Program-made: the position numbers and the translations under genes | Notes under the pieces: generated by a model | The model's input: the letters and a program-made list of their open reading frames with translations, nothing else | What the model was told of the DNA's origin: nothing | Databases searched by the model: none | Shown here: positions 1 to 9,614 of the stretch, piece after piece | Layout: each line of letters starts with the position of its first letter | Position numbering within the stretch: the stretch's first letter is position 1 | Virus record (IMG/VR): IMGVR_UViG_3300036762_000065 | Coordinates: 1-64,000 of that record | DNA length: 64,000 bases | Strand: one strand, 5' to 3' | Source: a virus | Lineage: Duplodnaviria; Caudoviricetes

Positions 1-126
1 CCTTCTTCATCACCACCTTCTTCATCACCACCTTCTTCATCACCACCTTCTTCATCACCACCTTCTTCATCACCACCTTCTTCATCACCACCTTCTTCAT
101 CACCACCTTCTTCATCACCACCTTCT
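1..126. repeat. Perfect 15-bp tandem repeat CCTTCTTCATCACCA x8 plus a partial copy (encodes GGDEE on the - strand)
   Basis: Read directly from the sequence. Confidence 0.97.
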
Positions 127-386
127 TTCTTTCCCTTGTCTCCTTTTAGTTTATCTAGTTGATCAGTGCGTTCTTGTTCTTGCTTTTCGACTTTTATATT
201 CTTCTTGTCTTTTTCAAACTTTTCTTTCTTGGCTTTTTCTTTATCTTCTAATTCTTCATCGGACGGTTCTTTTTGTATATGAGTTCCCATGTCAGGATTT
301 GAATATAACCCGCTAACAGAATCTAACGCTAAGGCATCATGATCTTCATGAGTTATGTGTATTTCTATAGGTATGCTTGTAGGCAT
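1..386 (-). CDS. Hypothetical acidic protein, 3' end outside the window; ends in (GGDEE)n repeats
   Basis: ATG at 386-384 just after the stop of 389..658; open frame MPTSIPIEIHITHEDHD...KGKKEGGDEEGGDEE running off the window edge. Confidence 0.75.
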   Translation of the reverse strand, partial: MPTSIPIEIHITHEDHDALALDSVSGLYSNPDMGTHIQKEPSDEELEDKEKAKKEKFEKDKKNIKVEKQEQERTDQLDKLKGDKGKKEGGDEEGGDEEGGDEEGGDEEGGDEEGGDEEGGDEEGGDEE

Positions 387-388
387 AA

Positions 389-658
389 TTAGTTCCTTGT
401 CTTGAACGTTTCTAGTACAACCCACTTATCTTTATCTGTAAAGGAACCAAAATAACGTAAGTGATTTTCTCTAACATCATAGTCGTGCATACGATCTTCC
501 ATAAAAGCATTTTTATGGTGTAGTAACACTTTAGGAATCGAAGGCTCTGTGTTAACGTTTTCAACTCCTAACAATACACAAAATCTAAAGTCTTTCAAAT
601 TATCCGGTATAGGTACTTTTACATTTATGCCTTTGGGGATAAAAATAAGCTTCTTCAT
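389..658 (-). CDS. Hypothetical protein
   Basis: 89-aa ORF coupled to its neighbours (4-bp overlap with 655..1704). Confidence 0.7.
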   Translation of the reverse strand: MKKLIFIPKGINVKVPIPDNLKDFRFCVLLGVENVNTEPSIPKVLLHHKNAFMEDRMHDYDVRENHLRYFGSFTDKDKWVVLETFKTRN

Positions 659-1704
659 ATATTTATGGCCTCAACTAATTTTTGTTTGGCTGCATCAGTA
701 TACTTAAATGTTCTATCTATGAGTTTAAGTTCCCTGTTTAGTTTTTCTTTGTTGAAGCAACTTTCGAGCATAGGGCAAGGAGAGTAAAAACCCATCTCTT
801 CTTCGTAAAACTTTCTAGTAGCACAAGGTTTCTGCTCAACGGCTATAGTGTAGTCGCGCTTATCAAAAGCCTGTACGCCAGCACTAAACTTTCTACGTTC
901 ATCTAGTATAAGTTTGCTTATGTTCGAGTCCCACTTGCCATTCCACTCACGGGAAACTTCAAGATAGTCAAATGGGTTGTCTCTGCTAAAATACAATAGA
1001 CTAAATCCGCGTACATCCAACTTATATTTCTTCTTAAGAACATAACAGTAAGTTGGCAATTGTTTTAAGTGTGATGGAACTGGCAGTTTACCACTATCTA
1101 GCTTATACTTAGTTGTGGTCTTGTAGTCAATAACCCAATATCCGCCATCAGGTAGCTTTATAATTCCATCTATATGTCCCTTCAATCCTCTAAAAACAAT
1201 TTCTTTCTCTATGTACTCCATACCTAGAGAGCACTCTGGACATAAATTATCTGTACTGTTCTTCCTTGTAATTTTACCCGGACGTACAAGCACACCTAGT
1301 TTGTTGTATATATCAAGTCCTTCATTACCTAAAGAACACGATCCGAAGTTGTTGCACTTCCAGTCTCCGAATACTTGACCAGTGTAACCCATGTGAAGTT
1401 GTATATTTTCGTGTGCTTTAGTACCTATAGAAGTAAAAAAATCAGATGCGGCAGAATTCTCTCCTTCGAAGTGTCCGCGCGAGGCGCCCATAACAAGCTT
1501 TCTATATACAAGTATACTACACATAGGAAACGAACTAGGTCTGAATTCCGGCCTACGCCCTTTAGTGTGTACTATATTATTCGCCATAGCTTGTTCGTAA
1601 AGCCGTCCGGCATAAGTAATTGGGTTTCGATCTTTACTTTTATTATTGCGTCTATATTCGGCTTTCATTCGTTCTTTAGGTTTTATTCTGGAGAATGCAC
1701 CCAT
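655..1704 (-). CDS. Cas4-like PD-(D/E)XK exonuclease
   Basis: GTKAHE, GHIDG, IDYKT and QLPTY motifs; Cys near the N-terminus (PMCS) plus C-terminal KPC...CPMLESC, typical of the Fe-S staple. Confidence 0.8.
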   Translation of the reverse strand: MGAFSRIKPKERMKAEYRRNNKSKDRNPITYAGRLYEQAMANNIVHTKGRRPEFRPSSFPMCSILVYRKLVMGASRGHFEGENSAASDFFTSIGTKAHENIQLHMGYTGQVFGDWKCNNFGSCSLGNEGLDIYNKLGVLVRPGKITRKNSTDNLCPECSLGMEYIEKEIVFRGLKGHIDGIIKLPDGGYWVIDYKTTTKYKLDSGKLPVPSHLKQLPTYCYVLKKKYKLDVRGFSLLYFSRDNPFDYLEVSREWNGKWDSNISKLILDERRKFSAGVQAFDKRDYTIAVEQKPCATRKFYEEEMGFYSPCPMLESCFNKEKLNRELKLIDRTFKYTDAAKQKLVEAINI

Positions 1705-1715
1705 ATTAATCGCCT

Positions 1716-1970
1716 TTATTGCTTTTCTAAGTGTTTTATATATCTATCGAGTAGTTTTCTTAGCTTCTTCATTTTATTTATAAAGGCTTTTCTGGAATCG
1801 CTGCCCATTATATGTAGACGAACTTTATTATGACAGTCGCTAATTTCGAGAAAAGCATCTTCGTCTTTATTCCACTTACCGTAACAAGCTACGGCTGTTC
1901 CTGTGCCAAAAGCTTTCTTGCTGTTTAAGAAAACCTGATCTTTATAAGAAACCTTATATTTCTTTTTCAT
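1716..1970 (-). CDS. Hypothetical protein
   Basis: 84 aa with AGGAG SD; TGTAAATA motif upstream on the same strand. Confidence 0.75.
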   Translation of the reverse strand: MKKKYKVSYKDQVFLNSKKAFGTGTAVACYGKWNKDEDAFLEISDCHNKVRLHIMGSDSRKAFINKMKKLRKLLDRYIKHLEKQ

Positions 1971-2040
1971 AGATTACTCCTGACTAAATAAACCTTTACA
2001 AGTTCTTTAAATTAAAGCCTGTTTACGTAGTTCAACGAGT

Positions 2041-2074
2041 TGTATTTACACTATAAATAGTAACTGTAAATACA
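2041..2074. promoter_or_regulatory. Back-to-back inverted TGTAAATA motifs (putative divergent phage promoters)
   Basis: TATTTACA at 2043-2050 and TGTAAATA at 2065-2072, between divergent genes 1716..1970(-) and 2104..3081(+). Confidence 0.6.
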
Positions 2075-2103
2075 CAACATAAATTACAAATGCAGGGCAT
2101 ATA

Positions 2104-3081
2104 ATGTCAGATTTTCAAGATGCTAGGCAAACAATATACGAGGAGCTGTCGAAACTGAGATTAAATCAGTTGGTACAAGGCGACTCCTATATGATCCAAT
2201 GTCCATTTCATGATGACAGTACTCCGTCATGCGGCATTAACATAGCTCTAGGAACAGATATACCACTAGGGTTTTTCCATTGTTTTGGATGCGGAACGAA
2301 GGGCGGTTGGAATAAAATAGCTGCCAAGCTGAATTTAAAACAGATTAAAGAATGGCAAACCTTCGAAGGTGAAGGAACTAAGAAACGTCACAATAAAAGA
2401 GATTTGTTAGGCACAACAAATAATAGTATTACAAGACTGCTTGATGAGATAGGAACTAAGCAAGCTATAGACTGGCCGGTATACATGGAGTGGAGAGGAT
2501 ATAAAGGAGATATAATTCGCAAACTTGGAGGTTTGTACTTCAACGATTATTTAACCGACGAACTTATGTTAGTGTTCCCTGTATATATAAACAAGCGATT
2601 TAAAGGAGGTGTTCGTGCATACTTAGAAAAACAAGTAACAGGAACTAGCTACATTACAACAAAAGGTCGCTGGGCTAAAAGTTACGGTCTATTAGGCTAT
2701 GAGTATGTCAAACGAATAATGCGTAAGTATAACTATAAGTCTATAGTTCTTGTTGAAGGACCGAGAGATTTCTTAAGGCTTGTCACTAACAACATACCCG
2801 CACTAGCTATATTAGGGACATTAAATTTCGATGAACGTAAACTACTGTATATAATGAATATGGTAAGTGACTTGGAGACAATTTATGTATTGTCTGATAA
2901 TGACGCTGCAGGAAAGAAAATGTATGGGAATATAAAAAAGACGGCAGCTAACTCAATAAACGTAAGGCGAATAAAACTGCCTAGAAATAAAGACAAGAAA
3001 GGACGTTTAATAAAGATGGATCCTGACAGTGCCCCACAAGATTTAATAGACGCCATAAAAGAAATAGTAGAATCTAACTAG
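2104..3081 (+). CDS. DNA primase (CHC2 zinc finger + TOPRIM)
   Basis: CPFHDD...FHCFGC zinc finger; VEGPRD and SDND TOPRIM motifs. Confidence 0.9.
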   Translation: MSDFQDARQTIYEELSKLRLNQLVQGDSYMIQCPFHDDSTPSCGINIALGTDIPLGFFHCFGCGTKGGWNKIAAKLNLKQIKEWQTFEGEGTKKRHNKRDLLGTTNNSITRLLDEIGTKQAIDWPVYMEWRGYKGDIIRKLGGLYFNDYLTDELMLVFPVYINKRFKGGVRAYLEKQVTGTSYITTKGRWAKSYGLLGYEYVKRIMRKYNYKSIVLVEGPRDFLRLVTNNIPALAILGTLNFDERKLLYIMNMVSDLETIYVLSDNDAAGKKMYGNIKKTAANSINVRRIKLPRNKDKKGRLIKMDPDSAPQDLIDAIKEIVESN

Positions 3082-3883
3082 AAACAAAAGCATCTGCTTT
3101 TGTCTTACAAGCCAAATAACCCATATTATGTAGTTTTGCAACATCCTTATCTGTCAACTTACTATCGAGTGCGCTGTATGATCCTTTGTCTATGAATACC
3201 ATTTCAGACAAAGGATCTAGTTCAGACAGCCTGTAGTGCAGCCTATCCATATTGTTCATCACCATAGATAATACCCTCATTGCAATATCCGGTATCCATC
3301 GTATTTCATTAAAATAATTCCTAGTATCTTTACTCGTTATTTGAAAGCCTAGTGTTTTATGCTCACTGCCTTTGAATACTTCAATCGGGGTGTTGGTATA
3401 CAACGCGCCATCCATCAACACACGCCCTTCGTAATGGACCGGGGTATATATAAAAGGTAACGATAAAGAAGCTCGCACAGCTAACCACAGCGGCATATCA
3501 GGACAACTCTCTTTGCACAACACATAACCTTCATTTTGATTTATATCAGTTGCTACTATATAAAGCGGTATGTCTAAATCAGAAAACGTGAGATTTGGGT
3601 CTATGACAAACTTAAGCCATTTTTCTACCTCTTTACCTAAACAAAAAGAAGAGCGTAATAGAGCCGAAGCATCGAACTTTATAAAATCAGTAAACCTAAG
3701 GTCCTGCACAATTTCCATCATTGTTTCACTACTTAGACCTATTGCAGCCATAGTAGCAATGATAGAACCTCCACTTGTTCCTGAATACCCTACAATTTTA
3801 GCATTTGTTTCTTCTACTGCTCTTAATGCACCTACATGTATAGGAAATAAAAACCCTGAACCAGAAAACGATAAGTTTATCAT
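3074..3883 (-). CDS. Patatin-like phospholipase
   Basis: SGSG oxyanion loop, GTSGG nucleophile elbow, ASLSLP, DGA catalytic Asp. Confidence 0.92.
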   Translation of the reverse strand: MINLSFSGSGFLFPIHVGALRAVEETNAKIVGYSGTSGGSIIATMAAIGLSSETMMEIVQDLRFTDFIKFDASALLRSSFCLGKEVEKWLKFVIDPNLTFSDLDIPLYIVATDINQNEGYVLCKESCPDMPLWLAVRASLSLPFIYTPVHYEGRVLMDGALYTNTPIEVFKGSEHKTLGFQITSKDTRNYFNEIRWIPDIAMRVLSMVMNNMDRLHYRLSELDPLSEMVFIDKGSYSALDSKLTDKDVAKLHNMGYLACKTKADAFVSS

Positions 3884-3898
3884 GTTACAAACTCCATA

Positions 3899-3935
3899 AA
3901 AAAGGTCGCAGGAAAAATTCCAATACGACCTTTTT
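3899..3935. terminator. Intrinsic terminator-like hairpin (T-tracts on both strands)
   Basis: AAAAAGGTCG...CGACCTTTTT inverted repeat downstream of 3951..4553(-). Confidence 0.6.
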
Positions 3936-3950
3936 GGTTGTTTTAGTCAA

Positions 3951-4553
3951 TTAACGCATAGCAGCCAGTGCCTCACCGGCCCAAGTTTTAATTTCGGCTT
4001 TTGAAGTGTTGTTCATCAACATTTCAACGTCTTGAATAGATAAAGTATCGAGCTTACCTTCGAGTTCTGTTATCAAATCGCCGTGCGGCTCTGAGTTACT
4101 ACGTAGGATAATGTTCTGTATGAAAGGAGAAGCTTGTGCTTGTACCTCTGCAGGTACCTGAGCGTTTATCTGCTTATCTATACTCGGAGCTTTTTCTTCA
4201 GGAGCGAGGTCAACATTGATATCAAGGATTCGATTCAATTCTTTTTCTGCTTTAGAGGAAGAAAGGAAAGCTTCTGCACTTGCAGCACTAACGATATGTA
4301 TCATATTCTTTGCTACCATACGTCGGAAATCCGGATTACGTATAATATCAGACTTTTGTCCGAAGTTAGTCAGGTCCAAAGGCACCCAAGTAACAGGTAC
4401 ACGCATACCAATACGCTGTCCACTAATATCAGTGATATTGAAATTAATATTACCTCTTGTAGGTGTGCTCTTATTTAAGACAAACAAGCGGCTATCTTTT
4501 TCCGCTTCGGCTTGAGGTACGGTTAAACGAACTAAATCTACTGTTTCTGACAT
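3951..4553 (-). CDS. Hypothetical protein
   Basis: 200-aa ORF with GGAG SD, followed by a terminator. Confidence 0.8.
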   Translation of the reverse strand: MSETVDLVRLTVPQAEAEKDSRLFVLNKSTPTRGNINFNITDISGQRIGMRVPVTWVPLDLTNFGQKSDIIRNPDFRRMVAKNMIHIVSAASAEAFLSSSKAEKELNRILDINVDLAPEEKAPSIDKQINAQVPAEVQAQASPFIQNIILRSNSEPHGDLITELEGKLDTLSIQDVEMLMNNTSKAEIKTWAGEALAAMR

Positions 4554-4572
4554 ATCAAACTACTCCGGTTGG

Positions 4573-5160
4573 TTAAATAATACTCTCGAATAAAGTTTTA
4601 CCGCTGCATAAAGTTTTTATTATGTTAACGATATTTGAGTACTCTTTTGTTTTAAGTCCTAAAAGGTGTCTTGTTTTAAATTTATTTCCTATTACTGATT
4701 CCACATACTTGTCATCGAAAACGAATTTAAGCATCCAAGGTTTAAATCCTAAAAGTTTTATTCTTAAAGGCTTTGAATTCAAGATATTATCAATAGCAGG
4801 TGAGACACCAATATCGTATTCAACACCAGATATTGGTGTCTCGTGTTCTGCTATATGTGATATAAGTTTATGTAGTGTCAATATGTGCTTAACATTATCT
4901 ACTGATTTTTTACGTATATAGGAAACATCTTTTATAGATACCTCCTTATCATTAAATTTATAATGAAGTAACTCTATGTCAGAAACAGGCTTGTCATCGC
5001 CTGCAAACTTAACATCTAGTCCTAAGCACCTATTTACTGTGAAGGGTGAGAAATTTTTACAGGATTTTATAGTACATTGCGTGAGAAATCTATAATCATC
5101 ATTAAGCGGACATTGTTTACACATTTGTTGTTTTATCGGAGACTGCATCATTACCCCCAT
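4573..5160 (-). CDS. Hypothetical protein with N-terminal Cys cluster
   Basis: 195 aa; CKQCP...C...C...C; AAAACTGTAAATA motif just upstream. Confidence 0.7.
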   Translation of the reverse strand: MGVMMQSPIKQQMCKQCPLNDDYRFLTQCTIKSCKNFSPFTVNRCLGLDVKFAGDDKPVSDIELLHYKFNDKEVSIKDVSYIRKKSVDNVKHILTLHKLISHIAEHETPISGVEYDIGVSPAIDNILNSKPLRIKLLGFKPWMLKFVFDDKYVESVIGNKFKTRHLLGLKTKEYSNIVNIIKTLCSGKTLFESII

Positions 5161-5180
5161 TATTGTATATACAACTGTAT

Positions 5181-5750
5181 TTACAGTTTTGGACTCTCCA
5201 AAAAGTGGTTCAAGAAAGATTGTTCTCTTTTGTATGTATTAACATTGGCAAAATAAGGCAGATTGTATAAGGCGCACAGTCTATATATACCCATAAGACT
5301 ACAATCAAGCTCATGAACTTGTTTTGGTCTTAGGCTTTTTTTAGTAGAAGCCATTGCGTCTTTTAAATCGTTATAAAGATCATTTAGGTCTAAACTGCTA
5401 TTGTACCTATTTTTCCACGTAGAGGCAGTTAAAAAAGTAACGTCCAAATCATTAAACTCGTTTAGCAGTATTCCCAACATTAGGTTTATACACTCAACAG
5501 TTTTACCTTTTATTCCTCTTGTTTGATACCTCTCTGCAACAATGTGTGTAAAATTATACTTGTTGTGGAGTTCTACTATCTCATTACAGAATGCGTTGGC
5601 TTGTTCTTGTGCCTTTAGAACGTTATTGATAGTGCTTATCATCTTAGTGCCGACGACATTAACAACCAACTTTCCGTCAATCACTTTAGCACGTAGTATA
5701 GAGGCTGCAAAATTAACAGAGCCTGGGTCTAAAGAAAGTATTGTTATCAC
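5181..5750 (-). CDS. RuvC-like Holliday junction resolvase
   Basis: LSLDPGSVN, AERYQ, TWK and HELDC motifs of the RNase H fold. Confidence 0.8.
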   Translation of the reverse strand: MITILSLDPGSVNFAASILRAKVIDGKLVVNVVGTKMISTINNVLKAQEQANAFCNEIVELHNKYNFTHIVAERYQTRGIKGKTVECINLMLGILLNEFNDLDVTFLTASTWKNRYNSSLDLNDLYNDLKDAMASTKKSLRPKQVHELDCSLMGIYRLCALYNLPYFANVNTYKREQSFLNHFLESPKL

Positions 5751-5846
5751 TATTTTTGCCTTTAATTACTGTGTAAAAATAAATTAGAATACAGAGGTTC
5801 AATATTGCTAATTTATAATTATCTATTTACATTATCAGGAATAGTT

Positions 5847-6974
5847 ATGAGTAGAGTAACGAGAGGACCTGCGACTATTAAGAGGACTCATGCCAAAAAC
5901 TACATACAGAGAGAAGCCCAAAAGCGGCTGAACGAAACTGTGGCCCCTTTTAATACACAAACACACAACGCACTGGCTGTAAATGCGGTCGAAGTAGACT
6001 TGTATCAAATACAAGACAGGACAGGATACCCTTGTTCTTGTGAAAAAACAGAACACTTGCCCCAATACGAAAACATACCCAATTCTAACGTACCTCCTGT
6101 AGTACCTACGCAAAATAACGACAGTTCCGAAGGCGTTAAAATAAGATTGAAAGATAACGACCTATTCGGAGATAGTCGTGCAGAGCATATAATGGATGCT
6201 TTGGAATTCGATGTTAGCGGAGAAGATCATCCTTTCACATCGAATGATAAAACGTCAAAAGAGCCTGAAGGTAACGTAGATTATGAAGACGGTTTATTTC
6301 TAGGCAACAACATACAATGCGGCATATGCTATAGAGCAGGATTTCAGCCAGGCTATAAAGCGTGGGGGAAACAACGCCATGTACTTACTCACAAAGATAT
6401 AGAAACCGCTGTTGATTATTGGGTGGACACAACAAAATCACCGCACATCATACGTAAACAAGTACAAACAACGAAACCCTTTGTTGAATTTAAAATAATG
6501 GTACCTAAGTACTTCTCTCATTTAGTGTTTAGTGTTAGAAACAATGAGAAGCTTATCCAAGGGGAAAAGCTCTATGATGAATTTAACGAACAATTAACTC
6601 TAGGCCATTTTAAGACACATGCAGGTCAAGTTATAACAGTGCGAACACGCGCTAAAGAATTCACACATGTGGTAGTAGAATTTGACTTAGGCAACCAAAA
6701 ACTGGTTGCTAATATAGGAGGAGAATCGCAAACACTGGATTACAGTATGTTGGAAACAATAGGCAACATGTCCGTAGTGTTGCCTCCTTCTGTAAACGAG
6801 ATTAAATCTAATGACGTACTTATTATAAAGAAAAGGAGACTCGCATTAAAAATAATCGACAAGGAGCGTAAGATAACTAGCGACCAACGTAGATTAGAGT
6901 GGATGGTTCAAACTAGAGTACTTCAACCTACCGAAGCATTAAAATACATAGCCGAAGGGTTTAAATTGTTATAA
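5847..6974 (+). CDS. Probable virion neck/head-completion protein
   Basis: ATG at 5847 with AGGA SD; CSC...CGICYRAGFQPGY motif seen in myovirus head-closure proteins; weak functional call. Confidence 0.45.
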   Translation: MSRVTRGPATIKRTHAKNYIQREAQKRLNETVAPFNTQTHNALAVNAVEVDLYQIQDRTGYPCSCEKTEHLPQYENIPNSNVPPVVPTQNNDSSEGVKIRLKDNDLFGDSRAEHIMDALEFDVSGEDHPFTSNDKTSKEPEGNVDYEDGLFLGNNIQCGICYRAGFQPGYKAWGKQRHVLTHKDIETAVDYWVDTTKSPHIIRKQVQTTKPFVEFKIMVPKYFSHLVFSVRNNEKLIQGEKLYDEFNEQLTLGHFKTHAGQVITVRTRAKEFTHVVVEFDLGNQKLVANIGGESQTLDYSMLETIGNMSVVLPPSVNEIKSNDVLIIKKRRLALKIIDKERKITSDQRRLEWMVQTRVLQPTEALKYIAEGFKLL

Positions 6975-6983
6975 GGAACTGTT

Positions 6984-7682
6984 ATGAATGAATTAGAAAG
7001 AGATATGGTTATAGCTAGAAACATGATGGCCGTAGCACGTAGATCACGTAAAGGGAAAAGCGCCAATATACGTAGTAAGATGCTTAAAATGATAATGCCT
7101 CATTTAAGTAGAGATACAGGAGACAGGCTTGCAGACGCTATAAGTAAAAACGACAGTAGTGAATTTTCTACTGTTTGGGATAAAATAAAACATGAAATAA
7201 GTGACAAATTAGGTAAGGGAAAGCACAGTGCAAATGCTTCTGCGGAAGTAGAAGGAGCAGTAACGCCTATAACAATAGATATATTAAAACAGTATGTAAC
7301 AGATTCGACTTCTGGAAATCTCACCGACTTTCTCACAGAGCTAGGAGAAAGTGTTGCAAGTGAAATGGAGAGTACTTCTACGGATTACGATTACCATGAT
7401 TACGGTAATGTTTTGCTAGGTAAAGGAAACAATGTAAAAACTAGAGAATTTGTTGCCAACGGCTCTTGTCAGATAGAAGGCAAAGAAGGTACACTTACTT
7501 TACTCACTACAAGCATAAAAGTATTGACCAATACAGACCTGCTAAAAAACATTGAATTAGAAGTAACTGCACAGCTATTGGACGTAAATAAAGTAGTTGT
7601 GAGAACATACAGAGAACGAGGTTGCATGGCAGTGGCCGCAACTGAAATCATATTAAAAGCGTTATCTTTAGCTAGATTATGA
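6984..7682 (+). CDS. Hypothetical protein
   Basis: 232-aa ORF with AAGGA SD. Confidence 0.8.
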   Translation: MNELERDMVIARNMMAVARRSRKGKSANIRSKMLKMIMPHLSRDTGDRLADAISKNDSSEFSTVWDKIKHEISDKLGKGKHSANASAEVEGAVTPITIDILKQYVTDSTSGNLTDFLTELGESVASEMESTSTDYDYHDYGNVLLGKGNNVKTREFVANGSCQIEGKEGTLTLLTTSIKVLTNTDLLKNIELEVTAQLLDVNKVVVRTYRERGCMAVAATEIILKALSLARL

Positions 7683-7683
7683 T

Positions 7684-8004
7684 ATGGAAATCTTGTTTGT
7701 ACTCATACTAATAGGAAATAATGGAACCTTTGAACAATTTGAGTACCCTGTAACTTCTTGGGAAGCTTGTTTAGAGAGCATACAGTTTACTCGAGGTGTT
7801 AATTTAAACACTGTAATTAAAGATAGAGTACCTAATATAAACAACGATGCCGGAGAGTATAGGGCAGTAGTGTTTTGCACTAGAAACGGTGAGGTTTATG
7901 AAGATATATACGAAGATGAAGAGGATTACTTAAGCAAGAATAGCGAGAATGATGCGGATTTTAACGATACTTTAAAAAACATACGTAATTCATTAGATTA
8001 TTAA
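7684..8004 (+). CDS. Hypothetical protein
   Basis: 106 aa, hydrophobic N-terminus, followed by a terminator. Confidence 0.7.
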   Translation: MEILFVLILIGNNGTFEQFEYPVTSWEACLESIQFTRGVNLNTVIKDRVPNINNDAGEYRAVVFCTRNGEVYEDIYEDEEDYLSKNSENDADFNDTLKNIRNSLDY

Positions 8005-8029
8005 GTCGGACTTGTTCCGACTTTTTTTT
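8003..8029 (+). terminator. Rho-independent terminator
   Basis: AAGTCGGA-CTTGT-TCCGACTT followed by a T-run. Confidence 0.85.
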
Positions 8030-8607
8030 GTTTCAAAATAACGTTAAACAGTGCTATTTTTGAAGTTATTGGGTAGTTTTTAGGTATATATCAAAAAGTT
8101 ATAAGCATTTCTTCCAACCTGTCGTTGAGGGTTTTACGGTTTTAGCCAAGTTTTAATTAAAACTTGTAAAAAACTATATAAACAACAATATTCCATACCT
8201 TTTTTGTTGTTTTATGTTCAGGGAAACCGAGCTATTTTCTATGCCTTTTTGATGTTTTTAAATAAAACAGGTTAAATCCAAAAAAAAGCAGCTCCAAGTT
8301 ATTGATTTATAATGTATATAACAAAAAAGTCTAACAAAAACGCCTAAAATCGAAAACCAATAGTGTAAAGTCTCTTTATCTTTTAAATGATTACATTTAG
8401 ATATGACTCATAGAGTCTCCTAAGAAAAAATAAAATAAAGCCGTGCGAAGCACTCCATTAAAGTAATATAAATTGTTTTTGTAATCAGACAGTAAAAAAG
8501 AGTATAGTAAATTGTAAAACAGGATAACCCTAACCTAATTTTTTAAGTTCTTCCAAGAATTAGTCTTACTACTTTCATTCTTACAGTAGTATTGGACTAC
8601 AAACAAT

Positions 8608-8655
8608 GTTTAGGAGTTTAGGAGTTTAGGAGTTTAGGAGTTTAGGAGTTTAGGA
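8608..8655. repeat. Six tandem copies of the 8-bp unit GTTTAGGA (iteron-like)
   Basis: Read directly; lies in the longest non-coding region of the window. Confidence 0.95.
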
Positions 8656-8656
8656 C

Positions 8657-8731
8657 TGTGGTCCTTCGGACCACACGTGCTTCGCACGGTTTTAATCTTT
8701 TCTTACCTACGGTACGGTTTCCTTCGGAAAC
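8657..8731 (-). other. Cluster of four short hairpins with C-GNA-G triloops on the - strand (candidate origin or ssDNA signal)
   Basis: + strand reads TGTGGTCC-TTC-GGACCACA, CGTGC-TTC-GCACG, TACC-TAC-GGTA and GTTTCC-TTC-GGAAAC. Confidence 0.6.
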
Positions 8732-8839
8732 AGGACATCTATGAACTAATGTTCCCAGCACTTTATTATGCGACTTTTTGTCGCATTTTTTATGCAAAAA
8801 TAAACTGTAAATTCTCTCTTAAACAGAGAGTGTTTTATT

Positions 8840-9019
8840 ATGATGAAAAAATTTATAGAATGGCTAGAGCGTTATTTTATGGCAGATATTTCTGAATACG
8901 AAGAATGTCCATATTGCACAAACGTTGAATTTGTAAGTTTCTGTTGCCACTGTTCAGGTAGCGGTTACGTTAGAATAGCAAACCAAGAGGAGATTGAAAA
9001 TGACACAACGCATGACTAA
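8840..9019 (+). CDS. Small zinc-finger protein (59 aa, below the ORF-track cutoff)
   Basis: MMKKFIEWLERYF...CPYC...CCHCSGSGYV; preceded by TGTAAATT and a GAGAG SD-like sequence. Confidence 0.65.
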   Translation: MMKKFIEWLERYFMADISEYEECPYCTNVEFVSFCCHCSGSGYVRIANQEEIENDTTHD

Positions 9020-9611
9020 AGGTGCTTCTACAGTAAAGGACTTAGCTAAAGCTAGTGCTGACTACAACCCGCGAACAATCACAGAAAGAGAACTAAACGG
9101 ACTTAAACATTCGTATGATACGTTTGGGGATTTGAGCGGTATCGTGTTGAACATACGTACAGGTACTCTTGTATCTGGACACCAGCGCATAAAAACACTT
9201 AAAGGAAAGAAAAGTCGTATTGAAAAACATCCGCACACAGATAGCTACGGTACGGTTGCCACAGGCTGGGTTGAATACAAATCTGCTAACGCTGACCATA
9301 TATCAAAGATTCCCTATCGTGAGGTAGACTGGTCTGACGGTAAAATGGAAAAAGCAGCTAACATTGCTGCTAATGCTCATGGAGGGCAATTTGATAAAGA
9401 CAAGCTCGGTGCTTTACTAGAAGAACTAGAGGATGCAACGTTCGATATAGAACTAACAGGACTAGACCCTTTAACCCTGCGTAGCCTTAGAACGGCCAAA
9501 TCTGAAGGCGATAGTGTTGATCGTGAAGAAAAGCACGAAGGCTTCAAAGAATACGATGAAAACAGTTTTGAACTTGATAATTGTTGTCCACGTTGTAAAT
9601 ATAAGTGGTAG
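9000..9611 (+). CDS. ParB/Srx-like domain protein with C-terminal Zn ribbon
   Basis: ADYNPR...LVSGHQR ParB-N motifs; terminal CPRCKYKW; GAGGAG SD before ATG 9000. Confidence 0.85.
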   Translation: MTQRMTKGASTVKDLAKASADYNPRTITERELNGLKHSYDTFGDLSGIVLNIRTGTLVSGHQRIKTLKGKKSRIEKHPHTDSYGTVATGWVEYKSANADHISKIPYREVDWSDGKMEKAANIAANAHGGQFDKDKLGALLEELEDATFDIELTGLDPLTLRSLRTAKSEGDSVDREEKHEGFKEYDENSFELDNCCPRCKYKW

Positions 9612-9614
9612 ATT

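Noticed and set aside
1-1704. CRISPR-Cas locus (Cas4-like gene near repeats)
   Set aside because: The repeats are contiguous coding 15-mers with no spacers, and there is no cas1, cas2 or effector gene. Solo Cas4-like nucleases are common in phages.
8608-8655. Telomere-like repeat, CRISPR array or stacked Shine-Dalgarno sites
   Set aside because: The 8-bp units have no spacers, lie internally, and are not followed by a credible start codon at SD distance.
8677-8895. 72-aa ORF from the track
   Set aside because: It runs through the hairpin cluster and promoter motif and overlaps the better-supported 8840..9019 zinc-finger ORF.
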